A stretch of 64,000 nucleotides of DNA, from NCBI GenBank assembly GCA_951406725.2, contig OX597820.1:78988001-79052000 (forward strand), written 5' to 3'. The DNA is from Octopus vulgaris. Its lineage: Eukaryota. The translations under genes and the position numbers were made by a program. Below are positions 27,632-42,505 of the stretch, in pieces. The stretch's first letter is position 1. Every line of letters starts with the position of its first letter. The notes below the pieces were generated by a model that did no database searches, was not told the DNA's origin, and saw only the letters and a list, made by a program, of their open reading frames with translations.

Positions 27632-29984
27632 CTGAAAATAGAGAAAAAGTTATTGTACTTTTTGTGTACATAACAGATATCAAAGTTGACAGTAAAATAA
27701 TCCGAGTAGAACAGCAAGTAAAAACAAACCTGAAATTATATATAGAGAGAGAGAGAGAAGACAGACAGACAGACAAAGATATTTTTTTTTGCTGATTAAA
27801 ATGTTTTGTGCTTTTGGGGTTGTTTTTTTTTTTTTGTTTTCTTTCCTCATTTTTCCTGGAGAAACTAATGTATATGTGTTGCTTTTAAGAAAAATATTTG
27901 AACTTTAAGTGAAAGAAGTAAGCCATAACTCCAATTCAGTGTACATAAATGTGTTGATAGAGATGTATACGAAGCTGTGAGTTACTTGAAACACAGGTAA
28001 TAATACGAAAAGTGTTTCTGACAACAGAGAAATGGCATATCAGGAGGAAAAACATCACTTAGCTGACATTTCTACCAGTATGACATGGCAAACTAGTTTT
28101 ATTTTTGACACTTTCATTTACTTATTACCAAACAGTATAATCTATTTGTTACAAAAAAAAAATTATTGTATTTATTCATATGTTGCACTATTTTATACCT
28201 GATTAACTGAAAAAAAAAAAAAAACTAGGCTACAATTCATACTTGGAGCAAAGCTAAAACTATGAAAAGAAAACAGTTTGTACCAAGATTTAAAACTAAA
28301 TTAGAGGCGAGACTTAACAAGTAAATACAGTAGCTAAACTACTTAATTGCAAACACAAGCAAAGTACTGCTTCATAAAATATAAATTAATTCTTCACATA
28401 TTCAATGTCAGTTTTTAACAAGTGCAAGGATGTTAAATTGAAATTTATCATAATTAAGTTTTTAACAAAAAAGTACAGTCAATCCTATATCTGAATATAA
28501 AAGTATGTGAAAGCATTATTTATTTACCTAAGCACTGACAATCCATTTTCCTCAGAAAATCTTTAGACCCATCTTGAACTATGCAAGGTGTGATGGCAAG
28601 TTTAGATAGTCAACACAAGAATTTTCCAACTGAATAAAAGCCAAGCCAGACAAAGATATTTATAGGGCTGTGTTTCCATAACAGTCAAGGCCTTGTCATT
28701 GTAATATGAATCTACTCAATTAATATAAAATAGATTCAGATGAATGCTCTCATCAAGAAAATAACCTTGTGTTTAGTTAAAAGGTGTTCACAAAAGAATG
28801 CCAATAAAATATCTGACTCTGGATACACAAAACTAGGAATATATTACTGACAATGCACATCACTGCATTCAATTTGTATATCAATTATTTTGCTTGTTTT
28901 TTCCTAAATGGTGCAATTAGATAAGGCTGGCATTTAGTGTCAGTATTTTCTGGTGTTATTAAGAAGCTTGCTTTGCAACCCTATAATTTCAGGTTTAGTA
29001 CCACTGCATGGCACCTTAAACAAGTATCTTCTACTATGACCTTGAGCCGACCAATATTTTGTGAGTGAATTTGGGAGATAGAAACAGTGTTGAAGCCTCT
29101 GTGTGTGTGTGTCTCTCTCTCTCTCTCTCTTTCACCATTACCCCTGGCAACCAGTATTAGTTTCTTTGTGTCCCCTTACCATAGCAGTTTCAGCAGAGGA
29201 AACCGATAGAGTAAGTGCAAAGATTTAAGAATAAGCAATGGAGTCAATGTGTTTGACCAAAGCCTTCAAGGCAGTGCCCCAGCATGGCCACAGTCCACTG
29301 ACGAAAATGGGTGAAAGATTTTGTTGATATTAAACTTTGTAAGTTAATTAATAACACTAATAATAATTTACTTTCCTGCATGGGTATTTATACGTAAATA
29401 TCACCATAAAAAAAATTAGGAAAATAAAATATAATTAAGCAATTTTATTAATTAAAAACAAAATTTATGCAATCAAATTAGCCAGGATATTATTCTTGGC
29501 TGAGGAACAAGTCATTAAAATAGTGATATATTGTGCAAATACAAAGTGAATAAATACACCTCAGTAGGCTTATCTGATAAGCTTTAAACTTTGCGACAGA
29601 AATGTATAATTATTGAATAAAAGGATTTAGTTTGAAGAATAAATTACAGTTTGATTCAATAAAAATCGAAATATGCATGGAGGTGGTTAAATGCTATTTA
29701 GTATAATTTTCTTCATTAAAGTTAATTGCCAGAAATTAGACCAAATATCCAATTAATTCAAAACTGTTCACGTGTTAATCAACAACATTTTAGCATTTTA
29801 ACTGAATATTTTAATACTTATTTGATACTATTCACAAAATAGTTAAATTGTAATAGCTATGCATCAAATTCTAGTAATCCTTTTTTTTCTGTTAAGTGAA
29901 TGTTGTTGTCTAGTGTTTGGAAAGGTCCTTGTTCATATGGTTGACGGACCAATCTTGTAATAATTGTTACATGGCTTAACTTAG

Positions 29985-30890
29985 GGACCACCAGATCATA
30001 GAACAAGTGAACCTGGTGAAAGGCTTTCTCCTAATCAATGAATGCAAAGTACAATGGCTTACTAATAAGATACTTTTCTTGAAATTATCTTACTAGAAAG
30101 ATAGCATCAGTAGTATTTCTCCCTGGTACAAAACCAAACTGCATCTCATCTAGTCCAATTCTCCTAATTAATTTAGTAGTTAACTTTCTTCATAACTTTC
30201 GTAACCTAGTCCAGTATTTTGATACGTCTGTGATTGCTTCTGTTTATAGGTATCTCCTATATCCTTGTAAAAATTGAATATAATATTGCTAGGTAGTTAT
30301 TGGGCATGATACCTTCCTGCATTATCTAATTTACTATACAGGTGACTAGGCTATATTCCAATCTGCCAGATATTTTAAGCATCTCTGCTGTAATTCCCGA
30401 TAGACCAGGGGCTTTCCTTGTCTTTATATCCTTAATTTCCATATCATACTCCTGCCAAAAGGGATAGCTGGTCCCACTGTCAGTTCTATATTAGAAAGAC
30501 CCTCTTTCTGTCATGCCTTTCATAGGAATATTTCCATGCCTATTTCATTTCAGAATAATTAAGTATATATTTATCCATCCATATACACTTCTCACCTACA
30601 TGTTGACTCTCTGTAATACATCCTTTTGCAATCCAAAATGTCTCACACATCTGATCCTCATGCTGTAGTGCATTGACAATCCCCTTACTTTCTGCTTCTT
30701 CCTTTCTCAAATACACCTGTCACCTAACTTTTCTTCTGGGCTACCTCATATAATTCTTTGCTGCCTCCATTCTCCCGAGTCTGTCCAAGCCTGTCTCTTC
30801 ACTTCATAAGCCCAGTCAACCTTGCTATTCCACCATCACAACACTCTTTGTCTGCTTGCATCTTTGCACCAGTCACACATTTGAGCATCC
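29985..30890 (-). mobile_element. Decayed RTE-clade LINE reverse transcriptase fragment
   Basis: Minus-strand translation gives IKDIKTRKAPGLSGITAEMLK and DEMQFGFVPGRNTTDAIFLVR*FQEKY..PLYFAFID*EKAF, i.e. RT domains 0-3 with stops and frameshifts. Confidence 0.9.
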
Positions 30891-30986
30891 AAAAATATAT
30901 CTTTCAATAACATTTTTTTCCAAGTCCATATTTTAGATTGCCTAAACAAAAAATGTTTTACTCCAATTTCTAAATGTTCTCTAAAT

Positions 30987-31275
30987 CAGTGATTTTCATC
31001 CATGGTCCATATGACACGGGGTAGGGAGGGATGTAAAATTGCATTAAGTTGCTTTATAAGAAATTCTACAAGACATTTCTACAACACAATACTACAATAC
31101 AATTCTACAACATACGAAATATTTTACCAATTTCTTCATACAATTCCTTGTAATATTTAATAATTATAAAAGCATAATAGGATTTTTTAAACATTGAATG
31201 GCTATGAAGGTCGACCTGAGCAAAATAGAAATCAAAGAGAGGTCCATAGGCAAAAAAAAATAGTGAGAAACACGG
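30987..31275. mobile_element. Diverged hAT MITE
   Basis: cagtgattttca...tgagaaacacgg; TSD-like ctctaaat/ctttgaat; related to 43533-43785 and 63438-63694. Confidence 0.55.
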
Positions 31276-33709
31276 CTTTGAATCATTCTAAGATCTGACA
31301 AGTACAAGAAAGACAATTTTTATTTCATGGATGAGATCTAATAAGTTCAAAACAAGTCTGGAAATATTGTATTTACCAAAGACCAGACTAACTCCTCCTA
31401 CTACATATCCCACCCCATCCATCAAAGTTTTACTAAACCTGAATTTTGTAATTATCTCCCTTGTTTCTTTTGACAAATATTACAACCAGTGACTTTTCCT
31501 TGCATTATGGAGTAAATTTACTTACATTTGGCAGAGATTCAGCTGTAATAATTACATTAGCCCATCCCACTCAGCTATACATTAAAAAAATGCAGCAATA
31601 TGTTTTACAAAAAAATTACTTTATACTTTATCAAAAGTCAATTCATAAGAAACTAAAATAAAACAGATTGCTTGCAAATAAAACTTGCATTTCTTTTTTT
31701 AAAATACATTTCTAAAGATAACAGAATGAAAGCTTTCAAGAATACTTTTTATTTACATACTTCATAGGTAAGAATGACTTGCAATCACACACAGTAAAAA
31801 TAGATTTATTTAAATATATTCTGATATAATTTTTAAAATAAGTTTTATGACCTGATATATGAATTTCTAAAGCATTTTGTAATGGAAATTCATTGTTAAT
31901 AGCATATCATCATCATCATCGTCGTTTAACGTCCATTCTCCATGCTAGCATAGTAGTTTATATATCTGTAACACTCAAAACCCGTTTCTTTTACATGCCA
32001 TGATACAAAGATATATATTTTAATGTTTATACATATTCCTTATTACTTTATATTCAATAATGGAAAAGATATTTTCTATGACCTTAATCTTAAAAGTAGA
32101 AGAATTAAACTATTATTATATCTAAGTTTTCAGCTAATTTGAAATCATCATCACCACGTTTCCATGCTTGTAGAGGTTGGACAGAGTTTATTGAAGTAAA
32201 TTTCCACAACTGGATGCCCTTCCTGTCACCAACCCTTACCTGTTTCCAAGCAAGTTAATGTTTTGCCATGGCCAGATATGATTTCACAGACTATTGATAA
32301 TGAATGACACTACTTGTATGACAGTGACACGCATTTACAACTGCCATGGGGTATCAAGAAAAGATGACACAAACACACATACATATATAAAAGTGGCTTT
32401 TTTTTTCAGTTTCTATCAACCAAATCCTGTCAGGAGACTGATTATAATGCAGTTACCTGAAAAATCTGAGGTAACACAACATGAAAATGAACTTTAAGAT
32501 ATAAGATAAACCAAACATTCAAATTTAAGTTCACTGGTATTTTCATTCTATGTGCTGTAGTGGTCAATGCCAGTGCCGCCTGACTGGCTCCCATACCAGT
32601 GACACGTAAAAAGCACCAGTCAAGCATGGTTGATGCCAGTGCTACCTGACTGGCCCTCATACTGGTGACATGTAAAAAGCACCCACTGCACTCTCAGAGT
32701 GGTTGGCCTTAGGAAGGGCATCTAGCTGTAGAAACCTTGCCAGATCAGATTGGAGCCTGGTGCAGCCACCTAGCTTGCCAGTCCTCAGTCAAACCGTCAA
32801 ACCCATGCCACCATTTTCATTCTATGTGCCATAGTGGCCAATGCCAGTGCCACCTGACTGGTTCCCATGCCGGTGGCATGTAAAAAGCACCATTCGAGTG
32901 TGGTCAATGCCAGTGCTGCCTGGTGGCATGTAAAAAGCACCCACTTCACTCTCAGAGTGGTTGGCATTAGGAAGGGCATCCAGCTGTAGAAACCTTGTCA
33001 GATCATTTTGGAGTCTGGTGCAGTCTCCTACCTTACCAGTCCTCAGTCAAACCATCCAGCCCATGCCAGCATGGAAAGCAGAAGTTAGACAATGACGAAT
33101 ACATTCTTCATTCTTTTCATTTTGAAAATGCAGCATTATTTCAATTCCTCGTTACAACCACTTCCCTTAAATTGTTATTAAAACACATTAAAAATATTCA
33201 AATTTCTTTTACTTGCACTTCCATAAACTGAAGAATTAATGAAATGAATTTCATGAAAATTTTTCTAATATTTTAAATTACATTTCAGCAATTAAAGAAT
33301 TTCATTCAGCATTTATGCCAATAGTTTTTAACCATCAATATTGCAGAAAATATGAATATTTCAAATTATAGTAAACTCCTTATTAGGTATTTAATTAATT
33401 GGAACTCTCACACAACCAGCACCCAGGGATAAAAAAAGAAAAAGAAAATGTGTTGTTAATTAGAGTTAAGAAATATGTGCTAATTTGTGTTAACTGTCAT
33501 TAAAAGACAATGTTTCTATCGTGTCTAAAATGGATTGTTCCTTCCCCAAAAAACGGTATTTCCTTTTGCTTCATTTACAGAACCTGCATTTCATTAGGTT
33601 AATCAAACTTGTTCGTTATTTAAATTAAACTTGTATTTCTTCCTATTTCCTTCATTTCTACAGTATCCAGAATATCAATGATAATAACCAATTGACATAT
33701 TATCATTAA

Positions 33710-34078
33710 TAGGCCTGGCTGTATGGTAAGAAGTTTACCTCCTGACCGAACAGTTCTAGGTTCAGTCCCACTGCGTGGCACCTTGGGCAAATGTCTTCTA
33801 CTATAACCTTGGGCTGACTAAAGTCTTGTGAACGGATTCAGCAGACAGAAACTGAAAGAAGCCAGATGTGTGTGTGTGTGTGTCTTTTCCCCACCACCAC
33901 TTGACAACTGGTGTTGGTGTGTTTATGTCCCCATAACATAGCAGTTCAGCCAAAGTGATCAATAGAATAAGTATGAGGCTTAAAAAATAAACACCGGGGT
34001 CGATTCATTCAGCTAAAATTCTTCAAGGCAGTGCCCCAGCATGGCCACAATCTAATGACTGAAACAAGTGAAAGACAA
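33710..34078 (+). mobile_element. SINE family A, tail 1
   Basis: Full-length match to the 16869 copy. Confidence 0.8.
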
Positions 34079-34212
34079 AGATCCCATGACATAATGTGTC
34101 ATCATCATCATTTAACATCTGCTGGCATGGGTTGGACAGTTTGACTGAGGACTGGCGAGCCAGATGGCTGCACCAGGCTCCAATCTGATGTGTGTGTGTG
34201 TGTATATGTATG

Positions 34213-34254
<42 letters not shown>

Positions 34255-37200
34255 TACACACACACAAACAACCCATACCAGCATGGAGAATGGATATTAA
34301 ATGATGGTAATAATGATATATAGTTTTAATGAGGTTTGTAAGTTGCTATGGTAATCTAAAAATGATCAGATATCCAGAAAATTCAGTAATCTGTCGACCC
34401 TTCAGTCTCAGTAGTGCCTGATAGGAAGTATTTTACTTTATTTAGCTTCAATACACTGAAGAAACTAAGCAAAATTTACTACATGAAAACTATACAGAAA
34501 CCCATCACATGTTTATTTGTGTTTAGATTTACACTTATCGAAAGTCTGGTGTTGTTCATGTTGTATCTCGATGTCCTATACCTTAGTAGTTCAACAAATA
34601 CAGATTGATAAAATAAGCACCAAACTGAAATAAAAGTGCTTTGGTTGAAATGATTGACCAATGATTGAAACCAATAAAAGAATAGAGAGAAAGGGTGGAA
34701 AATGAAAAGCAATTAGTAGTAGTCCGTTAACACCATACACTTAGAAGAAGCTTTATACCCACCTCCCAGTACAACACTTATGAACATATGTTCTTTTGTG
34801 TGTGTTTTTTTTAATAGACTTAATAAGAAAAGGACAGGCAATATCCAAGACCCTTTCAAGGACTTCTAAGATTGGTCAGAGAAGGGTAGATGGTTATCTG
34901 CATGCAGGAAACCTGGCTCAAATGCTGGCAATGGAGTAGATTCCAGTGAAGGCACCAAAGAGCCAGATTGTACTGTAAAAACTAGTATACCAACAGGAAT
35001 AGTTATTCTTATGAGCTTCCACACAGTTTCTGATTATCAAATTTTACTCACAAGGCTTTTGTCAGCCTGAGGCTATAAGAGACATTTATTCAAGGCTTCA
35101 TACAATGGAAATGAAACCAAAACCATGTAGTTGTGAAGTAAAATTCTGAACCATACAACTATATCTGGGGAAGAGAAAGTAAAAAAAAAAGTGCTTAACC
35201 TACAGCTTTAAATTACAATCAGAAATGATTCAAAATAGTTGTTAATAATCACGATATTATTACCCACAAGGTCCAGTCTTTGTTGTAATGTGATAGCTTC
35301 CATGTATCAGTTGCCTAGACACATATGCCAGGAGAACTCAAGCCCCTTGTAGGGCCTACCGTGTTGGACAGGCCAAAAGATAGAGACCAGATATAGACCA
35401 CCTCTTCCCAGAGGTCAAAACAGATTTGTGTAGGGCAAACAGCTCTGACTAGAAAAACCAAACCCAGGGAGAAGGCCTTAAAGGCAACCCAGCACCAAGA
35501 AAAGTGGAGAACAGTCATTGATGGCCCAATGCTCCATAGGGAAAGAAAGGTTTAAGAAAGATGCTTTTATGATTATTAATCTCAAAGAATTAGAACAACT
35601 ACAAGAGTTTTTTTTTATATGCTGATTTTTATTGATTAGACATAAAGTCTGTTTTATAAAAGACAGCTATAAACCAAATTGATACATTTACAGATATTTG
35701 TTTTATTGATACCAAAGGGATAGAAATCAAAACAAACCCTAATGGTTCACTTAACCTCAGATTGTTTCATATAATAACAGTTATTGCTTTTCCACATAAT
35801 TTTCATTTTGGTTATTTATTTATTTTATATTACTTTTTGTGAACTCTAATGTCATTGGTTACAGATTTCTGACAGGCTAATTACTGGTTCACTATATTTA
35901 CAACAGTCAGAATGGCAAGGGAGTATTTGTGAAACTGAAGTCAAATATATAACACCAAAGGGTAATTTTTGTTGGAAAGCACTGGTTGATAGATTTTCTT
36001 GCCAATTCTTACGTCTTTCACCAATATACATCAGTAAAGAACACACACACACACACACAATTTCTGTTTCAAACAAGGTGCAAATGCAGCTATGTGTTTA
36101 AGAAGTTTCTAATAGAGCCCTGAGTTAACCAAAGCCTTGAAAGTGGATATGGTAGATAGAAACTGAAAGAAGCCTGTTGTGTGTGAGTTGGTGTGTGTGT
36201 GTGTCTGTCCATCCTTGTCTTGACATTTGCATGATTGTTATAAATGAATGTCCTGTCTAATATTCTGCATAAACATGTCTGGCCATGTTGGAGAAATATT
36301 ACCTTGCTTGGAAACAAGTAAAGGTTAGCAGCAGGAAGAACATCCAGCTGTAGAAAATCTGCCTCAATAAACTGTCTGACCAATGCAAGCTTGGAAAATC
36401 ATCATCATCATCGTCATTTAGCGTCCGCTTTCCATGCTAGCATGGGTTGGACGGTTCAACAGGGGTCTGGGAAGCCAGAAGGCTGCACCAGGCCCAGTCT
36501 GATCTGGCAATGTTTCTACGGCTGGATGCCCTTCCTAACGCCAACCACTCCGTGAGTGTAGTGGGTGCTTTTTACGTGCCACGATGATGATGATGACCAT
36601 GATGATAAAGGCAATAGCAGAAGACACTTGCCCAAGTGCCGTACAATGAGGTTAAATCTGGAATCACATGGTTTTGAAGCAAATTTCTTCATGTTACCAT
36701 GTCTGCAAGGAGAGGCAGCATAGTCAACCGATTTTGTAATGGTATGCACAAAGAACCTCCTTAAAATGTTGGCACTTAATATCAAGTTCTTTCACAGTAA
36801 TAAATTTCAACTGGGCATCAAGGAGGCAATAACCAAGACCTTTGGCATAATGTCAAGCTTGAGAAGAAGACCCATCAAGCCAAACAAAATCTGTCATGGC
36901 AGATACCGGTGTCACACAAATGGCACCCATGCTGGTGGCATGTAAAAGCACCCGTTACACTCTCAAAGAGGTTAGCATTAGGAGGGGCATCCAGCCATAG
37001 AAAACCATGCCAAACCAGACTGGATTTTGGTGCAGCTTTCCAGTGTGCCAGCCCAGTCAAACCATCCAACCCATGCCAGCATAGACAACAGACGCTAAAT
37101 GATGATGATGATGATAAACAGTTTTATGCTGAAGGAATCAGGGTCTGGATTTCTAAAATATTATGAAGTAAAGTATGGCTCTGTGGAGGCACAGGCATAA

Positions 37201-38077
37201 CTGAATAGCTCAGAAGCTTACTTTGCAACCACATGGTCTCAGGTTCTGCCCTACTGCATGGCACTTCAGGCAAATGTCTTTTACAATAGCCCCAGGCCAA
37301 CTAAAGCCTTCTGAGAGAATTTGGCAGATGGCAACTGTGTGGAAGCAAGCATGTGTGCGTGTGTACATGTGCGTGCATGTGTACATGTGCATGCATGTTT
37401 ATTTATGCATGTGTGCGCGCATATGCACGTGTGTGTATGCTCACCACTACTCGACAACCAGTGTTGGTTTCTTTACATTTCCATAACTTAGTAGTTCAGC
37501 AAAAGTAACTGTCAGAATAAGCACCAGTCTCAAAAATAAGTACCAGGGTCAATTCATTCATCTGAAACCTTCAAGGAAGTGCCCCAGCATGGCCATAGGC
37601 CAATGACAAAAAAGGAAAACTGAAATCATAAGACCTCAGTTGATACTTTCTAATCATTTTTAATGGTTCCATTTGGTGGCAGAGCAGCCCTCAGCCTTTT
37701 TTACCTGGTGGAGAAGAAGGGACATCTTATAGATCATCCTCAGATTGAACACAGAATCTAAGGCTTTGATGAAGTGAACTCCATTGAAAAAACCCAAACA
37801 CTAGGTGGCAGTTTTAAACTGAGAGGAGAAATAAGTCTACTGTCCACTTAACAAAAGAAAAAAAAAACTTTCTTTTTTTTAATCCTTTGCCTATCCAAAA
37901 CATTTTCATAAGATTGTCCTAGATGTCCAGGCTTTTGGTCAGCCCTTCTTTCACATATGTCTGTGTAATATAAAGCTTTCCTTTCATAAGTCCCGAGTTA
38001 CTCTGATGGTTGAGAAAAAAATTAGGAATGTGTATCATATACAATGCATGGACACTAGCAAAATATGTCTTGTGCAT

Positions 38078-38369
38078 CAGTGTTATTCAAAGTGGTAGTC
38101 CGCGGACCAGCGCTGGTCCGGGAGCTCTCAGCTGCTGATATGTGGCAAGTTTCCAGAAAGGAAAGAAACATTATAAAATGCTTATGTAATAGTGTATTAT
38201 TTGTTTACAAAATAAATATAAGATTTAAAAAATCATCAGCTTTTATTATATTCATTATATATAATGTTTCCTGTAAAAATTAATATTACTAAGAAATATT
38301 ACTGGTCCCTGGCACACAGGGAAAAAAAAAACTTATTGTATGCCACGTCAGATAGTTTGAGAAGCACTG
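38078..38369. mobile_element. hAT (Charlie-like) MITE
   Basis: TIR cagtgttattcaaa / tttgagaagcactg; imperfect 8-bp TSD ttgtgcat/ctgtacat. Confidence 0.75.
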
Positions 38370-39260
38370 CTGTACATCACATGTGACACACAGAACAGAG
38401 ATCTTTTCAATTCATACAAAAAAAGGAAAAAATACACTTGCTGTTATAAAAGTTGTTATGATACAGTATATGCATTGTTTAGTGTTATAACTGAACTACT
38501 TACAAGATTTTACAAGAAGGTGACATAACCTAATTTGAATCCTATCAAAACCTCACAAAACTATAACTTCAGTGGATAAAAAGCATTTGTGTCATCAACA
38601 AAAGTATAATATGTCAGGTGTGTTAATTTGATATTTTATGTCTGAGCAACTGATTGTCTAATCTCCTTCATATAAAACTAGTCAAATGGAATTATTCAAC
38701 AATAATTAACCAGATCTTAATGATGTTAAAATGTTAAAGACATTTACCAGAAAACAGAATGCCTTCAATAGTAACTAGTGCTAACAAGCGCTCTGACCTA
38801 TGCAAGCATAGAAAAGTGTCTGTTAAAACAATGATTTTATATATAGCTGCTGTGTAAGAATATTTACATATATTTTAAGGTTTGTTATAAGAGGAGGCGT
38901 ACATTGGTTATTGCTGTACATACCTACTGGATTTCACAAGAAATCTGAATCCTGTCAAAATTCAACAAAGAAATTTCTACACCTATACATATACCTCTCT
39001 CTCTCACACACACATACATATATATATATTGTTAAACAGGACAGCAAACATAAAGGCAAGGCAAACATCTCAAGCTGTCCTGTTTAACAATTATATATCC
39101 ACTGCATTGGAAATCTGCAATGGCTCCATAACTACGATATTGGCTATAACCTTGGAGCCCCAGTAATCTATTACAGCACTTACCTAGCATACCTAATTGT
39201 TCAGATCACCTGTGAACTAAACCTCCACACACAAGGTGCAGAGTGCTGGTATGACCGTGT

Positions 39261-39291
<31 letters not shown>

Positions 39292-39850
39292 CCACACATA
39301 CACACACCAGACAGAAATGTGTGTGTGGGTGGAGAGAGAGAGGGGAGGGACAGGAGGACATTTGCCCAAGGTGTTCTGTGGTAGAATGAAATTCGGAGCT
39401 GTCAGGTCACAACACTTTTAAGTATATCAACATACTGCTGTTATTCTATAAATAACACTGCCAATCAGCCACAATTGACCACACCATTGACCAAAAACAT
39501 TCCAAACATGGCCATTCCATCTTTTATTGAGAATTAACATTATCCAACAAGTCCTGTCCATTTTAAAAAGGCAGGTTTTAATATGCAAAAGATTTGGCAT
39601 CAACCACCTGGAACCAAGTCTCTCACCTCTAATCATGCACACCTATAAGCAGAAGCATTCCAACTGAGACCATCCCATCTTTTAGTGTACCTTCTATTTA
39701 AGATGGTAGGGTCCAGTTTGAAGAAATTTGGCAGCTATTTCTAACAGGTTAAGTAACCCTACAGAGAATCTCACTACATATTTAGCCCATGTACTCCTGC
39801 TGTATCTTATATGAACAAGCACTCTATCTTAATCTTTCACACATTATTTA

Positions 39851-39889
<39 letters not shown>

Positions 39890-41250
39890 AGCTTCCATAT
39901 TTTAATATTTCATCCACCACTTCTATCTGATTTTAGCAACCAGTTTCAAAACAAATCAATATTTTAGAGTGTAGACATGTGTGTATGTATTTACGTGTGT
40001 ATATATTTCTATGCATGTGTATCTGAATGTGGAAAAGCATGTAAGGGTGTGCATGTGTGTGTGTGCCTGTCGATATGTGTGTTTGTGTAGTTATGTTTAC
40101 ACATGTACATAACTGTGTGCACATATATACAAGTCTGTGTGTGTGTGTGTGTATTTACTTATATAGTTTAGAGAGAGAGAGAGGAATATGTACGTATGGA
40201 CTTATTTGTATATGTAAATATGTATCCCAATGTGGTATACACACACTTAAATGCTTCAGTAACAATAATTCTACAATGCGGATAAGGCTGCGTGCTTCTG
40301 TATTCATTAACGGAATCACAAAGGACCTCAGAGACAAATATATTTTCTTCATTCAGAATAAGGATACTACCAAAACTGGACTTGGGAGGGGTGATTGTAA
40401 GCCATCAGTTGAAATTTCAGTCAATATATCTACTTATCTATTCTGATTAATATCTCAGGGCTAACATACCAAAATAAAACAAACTGTAAATTATAGATTT
40501 TATTTATTTCAGAGTTATATAGACAAAGGTCTGTGTAATACTAAAATGTTACTCAAGCTCTCAGCTTCATTTTATTCATTTAGAATATGTAAATATATAG
40601 GTGCAAACATGGCTGTGTGGTTGAAGTGCTTGCTTTGTAATCATGTGGTTTTGAGTTCAGTTCCACTGCATGGAGCCTAAGGCCTTCTACTTCAGCCTCA
40701 GCCAGTCAGTGCCTTTAGAGTGAAATTGGTCGATGGAAACTGTGTACATGCGAAAGAGTGTGTGTGTGTGTGTGTGTCAGAGATAGAGAGACCCCTATTT
40801 GGCAGTCAGTGTTGATTTGTTTATGTCCCCATAAACCTAGAAGTTCAGCAAAAGAGAACAACAGAATAAGTATTAGACAAAAAAAAATAGTACTGGAGTT
40901 GTTTAGTTCAATTAAAACCTACTCAAGGCAGTGCCCCAGCATGGCCACAGTTCAATGACTGAAACAAGTAGAAGATAAATCAGTTTTCTTTTTCTAGATA
41001 GGAAATACAAAATCTTTTCGGAATGTACTACCAACAGGAATACCAATAAGGGTGCCTCTATAGAGAACAATCAAGTCACCCCAACTGCAAGAAACAGTAG
41101 CCCAATCTCCCTGAAATTATACTCTACCATTTAAAAAAAAAAGACAAACAAATAAAATGTAGTCAGATTCTCTTAAAAAAATAAAAGACAAGAATATTAT
41201 AGCTACAATGATTTCAGTCAAAGGTCTGTTGATTGAGAAGTGATCTAAAG

Positions 41251-41479
41251 TTAACCCTTTTGATACCAACCCGGCCAAAACCGCCTCTGGCTCTGAAAGA
41301 CAAATGTCTTACTTTCATAAGTATTGAATTAAAATCTTCCACCAAACCTTAGTCACAATTTATGTTCCCAACACTAGCCTAATGATAACTAAGTTCTTTA
41401 CTAAATTCCTTGTTATAATTAAAATTAATTGAATGAAACACAGAGCATCTCAAAATAAATACAGTAACGAAAGGGTTAA
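41251..41479. mobile_element. TTAA-flanked piggyBac-like MITE, family P1
   Basis: ttaacccttttgatacc...gtaacgaaagggttaa. Confidence 0.8.
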
Positions 41480-42180
41480 ACACTAATTGCATTTAAAAAT
41501 GCAAATCTATTTAGAATTCCACCTGTACTTCTCCTTGCTACATGTGCAATTTTACAACTCTTTAGCATTTGGATAACTGTTAAATGTAATGCTTATTCAT
41601 TCATCATCATCGTTTAACGTCCGTTTTCCATGCTGACATGGGTTGGATGGTTTGACTGGGGACTGGCAAGCCAGGAGGCTGCACCAGGCTCCAATCTGAT
41701 CTGGCAGTGTTTCTACAGCTGGATGCCCTTCCTAATGCCAACCAATCCAAGAGTGTAGTGGGTGCTTTTTCTGTGCCACCGGCATGGGAACTACTCAGGC
41801 AGCACTGACATCGGCCACATTAGAATGGTGCTTTTTACGTGCAACCGGCACAGGAGCCAGTCGAGCCAGGGAGGCTGGCACTGACCATGTTTAGATGGTG
41901 CTTTCTACATACCACCAGCACAGGGAGCCAATCAGGCAGCACTGGCAACAGCCCACGCATGCATGAATTATGCATTATCTTGTAGATTTTTAAATTAATA
42001 GTGCATTATCTTGTAGCTTTGAGATTTCATTGATGCAATTGCTTATTTTTAAAATGACATTGCAGGATAGGTGTGAGAGGCTAGAATATAAAACAGAAAT
42101 TTAGGGAGTTCTATATTTAAGAGATGAGGAATTATGTACTTTATTTACATTATTTGCATTTGACGGATATTTGTCCTCAT

Positions 42181-42228
42181 AACACAATGTTTCAGCTGAT
42201 ATACCCTCCAGCCTTCATCAGGTGTCTT
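42181..42228 (-). ncRNA. Minimal type I hammerhead ribozyme motif, inverted copy
   Basis: Reverse complement aagacac-CTGATGA-a-ggctg-gagggtatat-cagct-GAAA-CATT-gtgtt. Stem II is intact; stem III shows CpG-type decay (CGTT to CATT). Confidence 0.6.
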
Positions 42229-42297
42229 AAGGAAATTTTGAACCTGGGTTCTCATTCCTAAGGTATTTCTCGATATTATTATTATTATTATGCCCAT

Positions 42298-42370
42298 GGG
42301 CATATGGCGTAGTGTTTAAGAATGTGGGCTACTAACCCCAAGGTTCCGGGTTTGATTCCAAGCAGTGACC
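42298..42370 (+). other. tRNA-like (pseudo-tRNA) Pol III head
   Basis: A-box-like tggcgtagtgtttaa, anticodon-like arm gtggg-ctACTaa-cccca, B-box-like ggtttgattcc. The acceptor stem pairs poorly, so it is not called as a functional tRNA. Confidence 0.65.
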
Positions 42371-42457
42371 TGAACAATAATAATAATAATTATTATAATA
42401 ACAACAACAACATCGAAAAATAACTTAGGAATGAGAACCCAGGTTTGAAATTTCCCC

Positions 42458-42505
42458 AAGACACCTGATGAAGGCTGGAGAGTCTATCAGGTGAAACGTT
42501 GTGTT
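42458..42505 (+). ncRNA. Minimal type I hammerhead ribozyme motif (Penelope-like)
   Basis: aagacac-CTGATGA-a-ggctg..caggt-GAAA-CGTT-gtgtt. Stem I gacac/gtgtt, conserved core, loopless palindromic stem III (AACGTT) with a GUU triplet; stem II partly mutated. Confidence 0.65.

Noticed and set aside
28526-28630. Minus-strand segment bounded by AG/GT near the WW exon
   Set aside because: All three frames contain stop codons.
42298-42370. Functional tRNA gene (ACT anticodon)
   Set aside because: Acceptor and T stems pair poorly, boxes are mutated, and it is embedded in a TSD-flanked mobile element.
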